Below, one piece after another: positions 26,467-36,147 of a stretch of 52,065 nt of DNA. The stretch lies in assembly GCA_021788105.1 (NCBI GenBank), contig JAJYKZ010000004.1, forward strand, positions 1 through 52,065. The letters run 5' to 3'. Source of the DNA: a bacterium. GTDB taxonomy: Bacteria; Patescibacteriota; Minisyncoccia; Moranbacterales; UBA2206. A program made the translations under genes and the position numbers. Under the pieces are notes generated by a model, which did no database searches, was not told the DNA's origin, and worked only from the letters and a program-made list of their open reading frames with translations. How positions within the stretch are numbered: the stretch's first letter is position 1; every line of letters begins with the position of its first letter.

Positions 26467-29400
26467 ATGGTCGAAAAAAAGGAAAAAAAGAAGCAGGTGT
26501 TTTATGATCCGACGCATCATCGGTGGACCTATTTCAAGTGGCTGGCCTTTTTGGGCTTGCTTTTTCTTTTGGCGGCATTCGGAGCGGCCGCGTTCAATGC
26601 TGTCAGACTTTTGCCGTTTTCATCTCTGGGTTTGAAAAACCCCACGCCGAATTATCGAGGAAGTGTTCGCGCAAACAATCCCGATGCCAGTTTCGCTATC
26701 GTTTCTTCCCAAAAAATTTCCAATCAACAGGCAGCCAATCAAACCGGCGCGAGCACGCCTAAAGTTATTGCATTCTATGTGGATTGGGATGACACCAGCC
26801 TTACTTCTTTGAAAGACAATGCCGGAAACATCGACGAGCTGGTTCCGGAATGGATGCATTTGGCGGATGGCGATGGAAATATTTCAGCGGATAATGAAGA
26901 GCGCCAAAAGGAAACAACAGATTATCTCAATCAGAATTATCCGAATATGAAAATTGTTCCCCTGATCAATAATTTTAATCCTCAGATTCAAGACTGGGAT
27001 AGCGCGCAGCTGAATCAGATGCTTTCCAGTCCGGCTGCCCGAACCAAAGCGATTAAAAATATTTATAATTTTATTACTGCTCATAATTTTTCCGGAGTGA
27101 GCGTTGATTTTGAAAATATCTATCCGCGGGACCAGCAGAATCTCCTTCTTTTTATGCGGGAACTTTACGGCGTTTTTCATCCGATCGGACTGGAAGTTTC
27201 CCAAAATATTCCGTTGGATGACGACAGCTATAACGCCAAGGCGTTGTCGTCTTGCAGCGATTTTATTATCTTAATGGCTTACGATGAAAATTCTCCCGGT
27301 TCCGATCCGGCCGGTCCGATTGCGTCGCAAACCTGGTTTGTGAATAATTTGAAATGGCGGCTGACTCAAGTGCCGGCCGGAAAGTATGTCGTTTCTTTGG
27401 GAAACTATGGCTATGATTGGCAAGGCAGTTCAATTAACGGCACTGAAGACACTTTCCAGGACGCCGTGCAGACAGCCAAGGAATCGGAAGGAAATATCCA
27501 GCTGGATTCGGCTACGCTTAATCCCGCTTTTGATTATTACGATGACAATAATAATTTGCACCATGTCTGGTTTTTGGATGCAACGACCGTTTATAATGAA
27601 ATCGCGGCAGCTAAGAATTACGGTTTTTACGGTTATGGCTTGTGGCGGCTGGGCTCGGAAGATCCGTCCGTCTGGAAAATTTTTAAAAATCCAGATTTGG
27701 GAAGCGGCGCGGCCAATTCTCTGGAAGCAATAAATTACGGCTATGACATTGACTATGAGGGTGACGGGGAAATTTTGCGCGTAGCCGGCACTCCGCAGAA
27801 AGGAAAGCGGGAAATAAATTTTGATCCGGGAAGCGGCTTGATTTTGGGAGAAAAAATTATTGTCTATCCTTCTGCTTATGTCATTGACGAATGGGGAGTG
27901 AATAATAATAAAAAAATCGCGCTGACTTTCGACGATGGTCCGAGTAGCGGTTACACTTCTCAGATTTTGGATGTGCTGGACCGCTACAATGTTAAGGCAA
28001 CCTTTTTTGTTATCGGATTAAATGCCGCCAATAATCAGGGCGCTATCAAACGAATGGCGGATAGCGGAGATGAGATCGGCAATCATACTTTTACTCATCC
28101 GGATATTTCAGCCGAGTCGGATAAGACTTTGACTTACGAAGTCAATGTGGTAGAAAGCTTGCTGGGAAGCATTATTGGAAGACAGACAATTCTTTTTCGT
28201 CCTCCTTATTCCGAAGATGTCGAGCCGGGAACTCCGGATCAGGTGAAGCCCTTGCTCACGACCGACAAACTGGGATATTACACAGTCGGAATGAACATTG
28301 ATCCGCGCGATTGGAGCCGGCCGGGCGTTGACGCGATTGTAAACGGCGTGATTTCTGAAACAACCGCGGGAGATGGCAATATTATTCTTCTCCATGACGG
28401 CGGCGGAGACCGTTCGCAGACAGTAGCCGCTCTGCCGGGAATTATCGAGGGCTTGCAGTCGCGCGGCTATCAGTTTGTAACGGTTTCCGATCTGATCGGC
28501 GTCAGCCATGACGCGGTGATGCCGCCGGTTCCGAAAAATTTGCAATGGGCGTACGAAATAAGCGGCATCGCGTTTTCTTTTTCCAATTGGAGCACTTCTT
28601 TCCTGCGCTGGATTTTTTTTGCCGGAATCGTTTTGGGAATAGCGCGATTCATCTTCATCGGAATTTTAGCCGCCATTGAAAGCCTGAAAAGAAGAAAGAA
28701 AAATTATCCCGCCGATTATTATCCGCTGGTAAGCGTGGTGATTCCGGCATACAATGAAGAGAATGTCATAGTCCGGACGATCCTGTCTATTCTCAGTTCG
28801 CCTTATCCGAATTTTAACCTGATTGTTGTGGATGACGGCTCGACCGACAGTACCTATGAAATTTTGACAAAGGCTTTCTCTCATGATCAGAAAGTAAAAA
28901 TTTTTACCAAGCCTAATGGCGGAAAATCTTCCGCGCTCAATTTTGGAATTGAACAATCGCGAGCGGAAATAATTGTTACGCTTGATGCCGATACGGTTTT
29001 TCATCGGGATACGATTGAAAAATTGGTGCGGCCTTTTGCTGATGAAAGGATTGGGGCGGTGGCGGGCAATGCCAAGGTGGGCAATCGGATCAATATTCTT
29101 ACCCGCTGGCAGGCGCTGGAATATATCACAAGCCAGAACCTTGATCGGCGGGCGTTTGATTTGATGAATTGCATTACGGTCGTACCCGGTTCGGTCGGCG
29201 CTTGGCGGAGAGAGGCCGTTTTGCGCTCGGGCGGTTTTTCCGGCCGGACGCTGGCCGAAGATGCCGACCTGACATTCTTCATCGTAAAATTGGGATACAA
29301 GGTAATATACGAAGATAGGGCGGTTGCTTTTACAGAAGCGCCGGACAGCGTCAGGAATTTTATCAAGCAGCGCTTTCGCTGGATGTACGGAACGCTCCAG

Positions 29401-29850
29401 TCGGTCTGGGAGCATTTGGATATGCTTTTTCACTCCCGCTATAAAGGAATGGGTTTTGTGGCCATTCCCAATATTTTTATTTTTCAAATTTTCTTTCCGC
29501 TTGTTTCTCCGCTTATGGATCTGGCAGTCATTCTTTCTTTGCTTTGGGCGGCCTGGCAAAAACATTTTCACCCGCTGGATTATTCGGCAGTGTACAGCTC
29601 AAAATATCTCATCGTGTTCTATCTTCTTTTTCTGGCAGTTGATTTTTTTACTGCCGCCGCGGCCTTTCTCTTGGAACACAAAGAAGATTGGAAACTGCTT
29701 TTCTGGGTGGTGCCGCAAAGATTTTTCTATCGCCAGCTGATGTATTGCGTGGCCATTAAAGTTTTCCTGACTGTGCTTAAGGGCAGTATTGTCGGCTGGA
29801 GAAAATTCGAGCGCAAAGCCACGGTGCGGCTGGAGGAAATGTATTTTTGA
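26467..29850 (+). CDS. Tri-domain GH18-like / NodB polysaccharide deacetylase / GT2 (PgaC/IcaA-like) protein
   Basis: GVSVDFE and LMAYDE (GH18); LTFDDGP, NHTFTH, FRPPY, LLHDGGG (CE4); VIPAYNEE, DAD, TLAEDAD, QRFRW (processive GT2); flanking TMs. Confidence 0.92.
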   Translation: MVEKKEKKKQVFYDPTHHRWTYFKWLAFLGLLFLLAAFGAAAFNAVRLLPFSSLGLKNPTPNYRGSVRANNPDASFAIVSSQKISNQQAANQTGASTPKVIAFYVDWDDTSLTSLKDNAGNIDELVPEWMHLADGDGNISADNEERQKETTDYLNQNYPNMKIVPLINNFNPQIQDWDSAQLNQMLSSPAARTKAIKNIYNFITAHNFSGVSVDFENIYPRDQQNLLLFMRELYGVFHPIGLEVSQNIPLDDDSYNAKALSSCSDFIILMAYDENSPGSDPAGPIASQTWFVNNLKWRLTQVPAGKYVVSLGNYGYDWQGSSINGTEDTFQDAVQTAKESEGNIQLDSATLNPAFDYYDDNNNLHHVWFLDATTVYNEIAAAKNYGFYGYGLWRLGSEDPSVWKIFKNPDLGSGAANSLEAINYGYDIDYEGDGEILRVAGTPQKGKREINFDPGSGLILGEKIIVYPSAYVIDEWGVNNNKKIALTFDDGPSSGYTSQILDVLDRYNVKATFFVIGLNAANNQGAIKRMADSGDEIGNHTFTHPDISAESDKTLTYEVNVVESLLGSIIGRQTILFRPPYSEDVEPGTPDQVKPLLTTDKLGYYTVGMNIDPRDWSRPGVDAIVNGVISETTAGDGNIILLHDGGGDRSQTVAALPGIIEGLQSRGYQFVTVSDLIGVSHDAVMPPVPKNLQWAYEISGIAFSFSNWSTSFLRWIFFAGIVLGIARFIFIGILAAIESLKRRKKNYPADYYPLVSVVIPAYNEENVIVRTILSILSSPYPNFNLIVVDDGSTDSTYEILTKAFSHDQKVKIFTKPNGGKSSALNFGIEQSRAEIIVTLDADTVFHRDTIEKLVRPFADERIGAVAGNAKVGNRINILTRWQALEYITSQNLDRRAFDLMNCITVVPGSVGAWRREAVLRSGGFSGRTLAEDADLTFFIVKLGYKVIYEDRAVAFTEAPDSVRNFIKQRFRWMYGTLQSVWEHLDMLFHSRYKGMGFVAIPNIFIFQIFFPLVSPLMDLAVILSLLWAAWQKHFHPLDYSAVYSSKYLIVFYLLFLAVDFFTAAAAFLLEHKEDWKLLFWVVPQRFFYRQLMYCVAIKVFLTVLKGSIVGWRKFERKATVRLEEMYF

Positions 29851-29921
29851 ACTTTAAATATTTTCCAGTCCGCGCCCGGGTTCGGACGGCTTAAATATTA
29901 AAAAAATGGAATTTTTTACTT

Positions 29922-29951
29922 TTGACAGCCAGGCGCTAAAAACTTTATAAT
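29922..29951 (+). promoter_or_regulatory. Sigma70-type promoter
   Basis: TTGACA, 18-nt spacer, TATAAT, 11 nt upstream of ATG 29963. Confidence 0.65.
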
Positions 29952-29962
29952 TAAAACAATTT

Positions 29963-31102
29963 ATGGCAGCTAAAAACAAACTTTCCAATATCATGGTTTT
30001 TGAAGGCTTGGCAGCCTCCTTATTTTTGTTTGTGGGGACCTATGTCCTGGCTTATTATTTTTTGGATTATTCGATAAGACATTTTTTCGCGGTCGGCAGC
30101 GATCCGGCCAAGCTGATTATTTTGGCGGCGCTTTTTTTCTTGTCTGTAAGTTTTTTTATTTCCTCATTACTTTCGCATTTGTGGGACAATGCTTTTACGC
30201 GCGGCTTTTATATTTTTTCCGGATTCTGGCTGGGGCTTTTTACCTATTTGATCATTTCATCCGGCCTGATCTGGTTTTTTATTTGGATTTTTAATCTAAC
30301 GGACGCGAGCGTCCAAGTTTGGAGCGGAATATTTTTTATTATTTCTCTCGCATATATTATTTATGGGACTTGGAACGCTTTCAATCCGCGCATAAAAAAT
30401 GTTGAAGTTAAGATAAAAAATCTTCCTTCAAACTGGCGGGGAAAAAAAATCGTCCAGCTTTCCGACATTCATCTCGGCCATGTGTACCGGGAAAATTTTA
30501 TGGAAAAAGTGGTCCGGGAAACTAACGCGCTCCAGCCGGACATTGTGGTTATCACCGGAGATCTTTTTGACGGAATGGACGGAAACCTGCATGATTTTGT
30601 GGCGCCGCTCAATGATTTGCAAGCGCCCAGAGGAATTTATTTTATCACGGGCAATCACGAGACTTATCTCGGAGTGGAAAAATCTTCGGAGCTTTTAAGA
30701 CAGACCAAGGTGCGAATTCTTGATGATGAAGTGAGGAATATTGACGGGCTGCAGCTTATCGGCATAAGTTATCCGGAACGGGGAGAATCGAAAGATGTGG
30801 CTCAGACTGTCCGTTCGCTCAAGGATTTCGATCCGGAAAAACCGAGCGTTCTCTTGTATCATTCTCCGGTAAATATTTCCGAAATTGAAAAAACCGGAGT
30901 CAATCTGGAACTTTGCGGGCACACCCATAAGGGGCAGATCGTTCCTTTCGGATTTGTAACCAAGGCTGTGTATAGAGGTTATGATTACGGCTTGCATACC
31001 AATGGAAATTTTTCTGTTTATACGACAACCGGCGTGGGAACTTGGGGTCCGCCGGCCCGCACCGGCAACAGCCCGGAGATCGTGAGGGTGATTTTGCGGT
31101 AA
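29963..31102 (+). CDS. Membrane-bound metallophosphoesterase (YkuE/YaeI-like)
   Basis: Four N-terminal TMs; SDIHLG, TGDLFD, GNHE, GHTHKGQ. Confidence 0.92.
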   Translation: MAAKNKLSNIMVFEGLAASLFLFVGTYVLAYYFLDYSIRHFFAVGSDPAKLIILAALFFLSVSFFISSLLSHLWDNAFTRGFYIFSGFWLGLFTYLIISSGLIWFFIWIFNLTDASVQVWSGIFFIISLAYIIYGTWNAFNPRIKNVEVKIKNLPSNWRGKKIVQLSDIHLGHVYRENFMEKVVRETNALQPDIVVITGDLFDGMDGNLHDFVAPLNDLQAPRGIYFITGNHETYLGVEKSSELLRQTKVRILDDEVRNIDGLQLIGISYPERGESKDVAQTVRSLKDFDPEKPSVLLYHSPVNISEIEKTGVNLELCGHTHKGQIVPFGFVTKAVYRGYDYGLHTNGNFSVYTTTGVGTWGPPARTGNSPEIVRVILR

Positions 31103-31122
31103 TGTTTCTTCCTGTGAAAACT

Positions 31123-31154
31123 AAAAATCCTCTCTTTATTTCGAGAGGATTTTT
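31123..31154. terminator. Bidirectional terminator between convergent genes
   Basis: AAAAATCCTCTC-TTTATTTC-GAGAGGATTTTT. Confidence 0.75.
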
Positions 31155-31174
31155 AAAAATTTTTCAGACGAAAA

Positions 31175-31363
31175 CTACCGGCTCTTTTTCCGGCTGCGGC
31201 CGCCTTTGCGTCCGGCCTTTCTGGCTTCTTCAGCCGTAAATTCATGAGCTGTGCCCTTGGCGTGCGCAGCCCTGCCACCCTTGCTGGCGATTTTTCTCCG
31301 CTTTTCGATGTTCATCGAAGCGAATCCTCGATTGCTAATATTACTCTTTTTTTTAGTAGCCAT
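31175..31363 (-). CDS. KGG-repeat general stress protein (YciG/Con-10-like)
   Basis: RGFASM, IASKGGRAAH, HEFTAEEARKAGRKGG. Confidence 0.9.
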   Translation of the reverse strand: MATKKKSNISNRGFASMNIEKRRKIASKGGRAAHAKGTAHEFTAEEARKAGRKGGRSRKKSR

Positions 31364-31368
31364 AAGTT

Positions 31369-31524
31369 TTATTTAGCGGCTGTACTTCCTCCCTGGAAAA
31401 GTTTTATAATTAGGACTATGACGGCCAGTACCAGCAAAATATGGATGTAGCCGTTCAAAGTGATTCCGGTGACAATCCCCAGGAGCCACAGAACCAGGAG
31501 GATTGCAAATATTGTCCAAAGCAT
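31369..31524 (-). CDS. Small membrane protein, lmo0937/DUF5670-like, 51 aa (below the ORF-track cutoff)
   Basis: MLWTIFAILLVLWLLGIVTGITLNGYIHILLVLAVIVLIIKLFQGGSTAAK; LWLLG and IHILLVLA motifs. Confidence 0.85.
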   Translation of the reverse strand: MLWTIFAILLVLWLLGIVTGITLNGYIHILLVLAVIVLIIKLFQGGSTAAK

Positions 31525-31712
31525 ATTTTTTGGATTTAACGGCCTTGGGAGGACATTAAATCGATAAATTATTACTCATCTTTATTACAGCTGCCGGTTT
31601 TGCGATATTTCAATGCTTTAGAATTTATTTCGGGTTGCGAAGTATTATTAATTAAGCTCATTAATTAATACGGATCAATTCATCAATTAGTTACAAAATA
31701 TTGAATTAAAAA

Positions 31713-32315
31713 ATGCACGAAATTTTAAGCCAGGAAAGTATAGTGGGCGGAAATGCGTCTTACACAATTATTTTTTTATCATCTTTTTTCGCGGGATATC
31801 TCATTCCTTTTTCGGAAGAGATTGTTTTTATTCTGATCGGATATGCCGCCGCCGCCGGTTTTGCGGACTTGTATTTGACCATTTTGGTCTGCTTGGCGGG
31901 CGTATTTTTGGCGGACAACGCCGCTTATCTGGTCGGCCGGACGGGCAGCCGGATTGTTTTCAAATTCAAGAAACGAATCGGAGAAAAGCAAGCGATAAAA
32001 TACGAGAACTTCATAATGAATCATTCCGGGAAGGCAATTTTTGTTTCGCGGTTTATTCCCACCATCCGGGTGCTTTCTCCGCTTTTGGCCGGAGCCAATA
32101 GGATAGATTGGAAAAAATTTTTAACTTTTGATTTCTTGGCGGCGGTTTGCAATGTTTCAGTTTTAGTTTTAATTGGTTATTTTTTTGAAAACCAAATATC
32201 CAAAGTGCTTTCGAAAGTGGAAATAACTCGGCATGTCTTAAGTATTTTGTCGCTTTTGATCATCGGTTTTGTTTTGAGTTTCATAATGAAAAGTTTGTTT
32301 TTAAAGCGCGGATAA
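31713..32315 (+). CDS. DedA family membrane protein
   Basis: PFSEEIV, ADNAAYLVGR, SRFIPTIR, LAGA. Confidence 0.9.
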   Translation: MHEILSQESIVGGNASYTIIFLSSFFAGYLIPFSEEIVFILIGYAAAAGFADLYLTILVCLAGVFLADNAAYLVGRTGSRIVFKFKKRIGEKQAIKYENFIMNHSGKAIFVSRFIPTIRVLSPLLAGANRIDWKKFLTFDFLAAVCNVSVLVLIGYFFENQISKVLSKVEITRHVLSILSLLIIGFVLSFIMKSLFLKRG

Positions 32316-32361
32316 TTTTTACCGGTTTTAAGTTCAAGTCCAAGCATGATAAAATTAAAAA

Positions 32362-32991
32362 ATGAAAAATTCTAGTCCCAAGGGAAAAAAGAAATACAAA
32401 AAAATTGAGCATGTCGAGATTTTAGGCAAGTATTCAAAACGCGTGAAACGCTATCTGATGGTTGCGGCGGCTGTCTTTTTGATATTTTTCGGGGCGCTCG
32501 TAATATTGATCAACAAAAAAATCAATGACGAAAACCGGGAAATGGTGATGAAAATTGCCGGCAGTTCGCATCTTGAACAGGATATCGCCTCGATGGTAAA
32601 GGGCTATCCGATTGAAGCGATGGCGCCTTACATTTCCCGACAGAATCCGACCGTGGCGGCTTTTTTGGTGAGCATTGCCAAACAGGAAAGCGACTGGGGA
32701 GTGCGCGTGCCGGTATATCGCGGCAAGGATTGCTACAATTACTGGGGCTTCCGTGGCGAAAATCCGGTGGGAAGCGGCGGCCACTCTTGTTTTGACAGTC
32801 CCAAAGATGCGGTTGCGACGGTTGCTCGGCGAATAAGCGAGTTGATCGATCAAGAGGGATTGAACACGCCGAGCAAGATGGTGGTATGGAAATGCGGTTA
32901 CAGCTGTTCCGGCCAGGATCGGGAAAGTGTCCGCACTTGGATTGATAACGTCAATTATTACTACCAAAAATTCAACCAAGACAATGGTTGA
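32362..32991 (+). CDS. Membrane-anchored Cys-rich lysozyme-like (GH73-like) protein, paralog A
   Basis: TM; IAKQESDWG, CYNYWGFRG, HSCFDSP, WKCGYSC. Confidence 0.6.
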   Translation: MKNSSPKGKKKYKKIEHVEILGKYSKRVKRYLMVAAAVFLIFFGALVILINKKINDENREMVMKIAGSSHLEQDIASMVKGYPIEAMAPYISRQNPTVAAFLVSIAKQESDWGVRVPVYRGKDCYNYWGFRGENPVGSGGHSCFDSPKDAVATVARRISELIDQEGLNTPSKMVVWKCGYSCSGQDRESVRTWIDNVNYYYQKFNQDNG

Positions 32992-33047
32992 TAGGTTGAA
33001 TATTTTCAAGCACCAGTTTTATGAAAATAATTTTTTGATTAACGAAT

Positions 33048-33530
33048 ATGGCTACGGACCAGAATAAAAAATTTTGGCATAAAACTTTTCGGATCGGAAT
33101 ATTGTTGAAAGGCATCGACGGCGCGCTGGAGATTATCGGCGGAGCTTTGCTGCTTTGGATAAGCCCCGCTCTGATTAATTCGATTGTTGTTGCCTTGACT
33201 CAGCACGAATTGAGTGCTGATCCGCATGATCTTTTTGCCAATTTTCTGGTGCATGCCGCTCAAAATTTTTCCGTTAGTTCCCAGATTTTTGCCGCGGCAT
33301 ACCTTCTTTCGCACGGGGTAGTTAAAGAATGGCTGGTTGTTGACTTGTGGAAAGAAAAAATCCGGGCATACCCGGTGGCAATTATTTTTTTCGCCCTTTT
33401 TGCGGCCTATCAGATCTATCGCTATTTTTTCAGCCATTCGGTTTTCTTGCTGCTCCTCACCGCGCTGGACGCGGCAGTGATAATTCTAACTTGGAACGAA
33501 TATTTGCAGCTGAAGAAAGAAAAGAATTAA
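33048..33530 (+). CDS. DUF2127-like membrane protein
   Basis: KGIDGALEIIGG, ELSADPHD, YLLSHGVVK. Confidence 0.8.
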   Translation: MATDQNKKFWHKTFRIGILLKGIDGALEIIGGALLLWISPALINSIVVALTQHELSADPHDLFANFLVHAAQNFSVSSQIFAAAYLLSHGVVKEWLVVDLWKEKIRAYPVAIIFFALFAAYQIYRYFFSHSVFLLLLTALDAAVIILTWNEYLQLKKEKN

Positions 33531-34198
33531 TCCGCCTCGTTTTGTTTTTGAACTTTCTTTATTTGGGCGCAATTCTTATTGAAAAGAGAATGATTTTTTT
33601 GGCCTAAAAGACCGGGATAGCCGGAAAGAGCTTCGTCGTGTTCTTTTATTATTCGGAAAACGGATCGACAAAATTTACTTCGATCTGTCTGGCTGATATT
33701 GCCGTTGTTGCTTTCTTCTTCAAATTTTTCAAACGCTTTATTCAACTGGCTGTCGAAGTCAGTGTTTAATTTTTCAATACTTTCCTCTTCGGCACTGTCA
33801 TCTTTTTCCTTTATTTCTTTGATTTCCGAAACGCGCCGTTCCGCGAATTCGGAATTGAGAAGCGGTTTCTGGTTTTGCGGAGCCAGCTGCAATCGGATGT
33901 TTTCTCCCGCCCGCTTGAAAATATAGAGCGGGTGGTCGGCTCCGACATTGGCTTGGTTGGCATAAACCATGGCGCCGCCGCTCATGGTGAGAACCATCAG
34001 AGCCGAGGCGAAACTGTAGCGCAAACCGCGATGGCTGCGCCCGTGGGAGGCGCTTGGAAATTGCTTTTCGAATTTTTCTAAAAAGATCTTTTTGCTTTCC
34101 GCTAAAAATTCTTTGCGGGGAGCCAGAGACATCTTTAAATTGCGCTTCCGGAAAACGCGAGCGAGTAAAAATTCTAAATTTTTTTTCTGATTACCCAT
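33527..34198 (-). CDS. Putative anti-sigma factor with DUF5667-like domain
   Basis: Overlaps the ECF sigma stop; one TM; GADHPLYIFKRAGENIRL and AERRVSEI. Confidence 0.7.
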   Translation of the reverse strand: MGNQKKNLEFLLARVFRKRNLKMSLAPRKEFLAESKKIFLEKFEKQFPSASHGRSHRGLRYSFASALMVLTMSGGAMVYANQANVGADHPLYIFKRAGENIRLQLAPQNQKPLLNSEFAERRVSEIKEIKEKDDSAEEESIEKLNTDFDSQLNKAFEKFEEESNNGNISQTDRSKFCRSVFRIIKEHDEALSGYPGLLGQKNHSLFNKNCAQIKKVQKQNEAD

Positions 34199-34736
34199 TG
34201 ATAATCTTCCTAAGCTTATTATTCAATCTGTGAATTATGACGCGCAATGATCCTTCGGTTTTGCCTACCACCCGGCCTATGTCTTTATAGGAAAGGTCGG
34301 AAACGTAGCGGAGAGTGAAAATTTCCTGGTCCTCGGGGGTGAAACTTTTTACGGCGCTTAAAATTTCCTCGGCTTCAACCTTGGCTTTTAAATTGTTGGT
34401 TTCATCCGGAATATCTTTCCTTTCTTCCAGAAAATCGGAAAGCGGCACGGATTTTTTTTCTCGATAGTAATCAATGAGACTGTTTCTGGCTATTTGCCAA
34501 AACCAAGTATTGAAATTTCCAGATTTTTTGTCGAAAGTCCCAATTTTTTTTATGATTTTAAAAAATATATCCTGGGTCAGATCTTCCGCTATTTCGCGGT
34601 TGCCAAGCCGGGACAAAAAGAAGCGGAAGATTTGAGGACTTAATTTATTGAAAATCTCTTCAGCCGCAATCTTATCGCCTTTTTTCATTTTTTCAGCCAA
34701 AGCGTTCAGGAGGCGGTTTTTAATTGGATCAATCAT
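34191..34736 (-). CDS. ECF RNA polymerase sigma factor
   Basis: AEDLTQDIFFK, FNTWFWQIARNSLIDYYR, LSYKDIG, SLRVIIHR. Confidence 0.93.
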   Translation of the reverse strand: MIDPIKNRLLNALAEKMKKGDKIAAEEIFNKLSPQIFRFFLSRLGNREIAEDLTQDIFFKIIKKIGTFDKKSGNFNTWFWQIARNSLIDYYREKKSVPLSDFLEERKDIPDETNNLKAKVEAEEILSAVKSFTPEDQEIFTLRYVSDLSYKDIGRVVGKTEGSLRVIIHRLNNKLRKIING

Positions 34737-34741
34737 AGGTT

Positions 34742-34770
34742 ATTACGAATTTATCGGCACTGTCGTTACT
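34742..34770 (-). promoter_or_regulatory. Candidate ECF autoregulatory promoter (near-leaderless)
   Basis: Minus strand AGTAAC, 17-nt spacer, CGTAAT, then 5 nt to the ATG at 34736. Confidence 0.5.
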
Positions 34771-34840
34771 ACTGGAAAATTGTACCACAGTCAGGCCAAA
34801 GAGGGTAGGATGACCGGATGATTTGTGTTAAACTTTGATT

Positions 34841-35488
34841 ATGGCGGAAAATAAAAAAAATTTAACGGTAATTTTCGATTTTGACGGGACTGTGACCGAG
34901 ATCCTTGGATACGGTTTGGATATTGTCAATCAATTGGCGGATGAATTCGGTTTTCGAAAAGTGCGCCGGGAGGAAATCGAAAAATTGCGCGATCTGAAAG
35001 TTCGGGAATTGGCCAAAGAATTTGGAATTCCGCTCATAAAAATTCCCATGGTAGCCAAACGGGCGCACGCACTAGTGAAAGAAGATATGGAAAAACTGGC
35101 GCCGGCGCCGGGCATGAAAGCGGCTTTGGGAAAATTGCACCTGAAAGGGTACGGATTGGGAATTCTTACTTCCAATTCTAAAGAAAATGTGGAAGAATTT
35201 TTGAAAAATAATAATTTGGAATTTTTTGATTTTGTCTATTCTTCCAGCAGCATTTTCGGCAAAGCCGGGAAAATGAAAAAACTTATGAGAAATCACAATC
35301 TTTCTCCGGAAAACGTTGTTTATGTCGGAGATGAGATTCGCGATATCGATGCGGCCAAAAAATCCGGCGTGCGGATCATTTCGGTTGGCTGGGGATTCAA
35401 CAGTGAAAAATCATTGCGCGCCCAAAATCCTGATTTTGTGGTTTCCAAACCGGAAGAGCTGGTCGTGGTTTTGGAAAATATGAGATAG
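34841..35488 (+). CDS. HAD-superfamily hydrolase (phosphoglycolate phosphatase-like)
   Basis: FDFDGT, ILTSN, YVGDEIRDIDAA, GWGFN. Confidence 0.92.
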   Translation: MAENKKNLTVIFDFDGTVTEILGYGLDIVNQLADEFGFRKVRREEIEKLRDLKVRELAKEFGIPLIKIPMVAKRAHALVKEDMEKLAPAPGMKAALGKLHLKGYGLGILTSNSKENVEEFLKNNNLEFFDFVYSSSSIFGKAGKMKKLMRNHNLSPENVVYVGDEIRDIDAAKKSGVRIISVGWGFNSEKSLRAQNPDFVVSKPEELVVVLENMR

Positions 35489-35579
35489 CAATTTAAAGAA
35501 AAACAAACAGCAATACTGTTTTTCTTTTTGTGTGTTACAATGAAAAATATTTCGTGATTAATTTTTAAAAAATAAAATT

Positions 35580-35954
35580 ATGCAAGATTTGCAAAAAGTT
35601 TTCGACGAGATCAGGGAAGCTAAAAAAGAAATGAAAGAAATCCGGTCGCAGTACAAGGACGCGCTAACGCAAACTGACAAACATCAAGAGACGGCGGACA
35701 AGATCAAGGAATTGCGCGATGAGAAAAAAAGTATTGAAGCTCGAGTCCAGCAGCAAATGGGACGGGCGTATGAACGGTTGGAAGATCTGAAAAGTGAAGT
35801 GGCGGGCAAGGAGGAATTGCTCAATGACATCGCGATGACAACTTTGATGGACGGCAAGACGGTCGAAGTGACGGACGAATTCCAGAACCATTATGAACCG
35901 GTCTATGTCGTGAAGTTCAAAAAGACCAACGTCATCCAGAAGGAAGAAGTGTAA
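35580..35954 (+). CDS. Hypothetical coiled-coil protein
   Basis: Clean 124-aa ORF, charged helical composition, followed by a terminator-like hairpin (35972-36001). Confidence 0.8.
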   Translation: MQDLQKVFDEIREAKKEMKEIRSQYKDALTQTDKHQETADKIKELRDEKKSIEARVQQQMGRAYERLEDLKSEVAGKEELLNDIAMTTLMDGKTVEVTDEFQNHYEPVYVVKFKKTNVIQKEEV

Positions 35955-36147
35955 GTTGATTTATAATCTATAAAGCCGCCGGGTTCATCCAGTGGCTTTT
36001 TCATTCATTTGACTTTTTTCTTTTTTAATGCTTAAATTGAATAGTAGATTAATTCTGCCAGGGGGCAGTTTTTTTATTCAAATTTATTAACCTCTCCTTT
36101 AATTCCTCTCCTTAGAAAGGCGAGGAAGAATATGGAATAACTATCTT

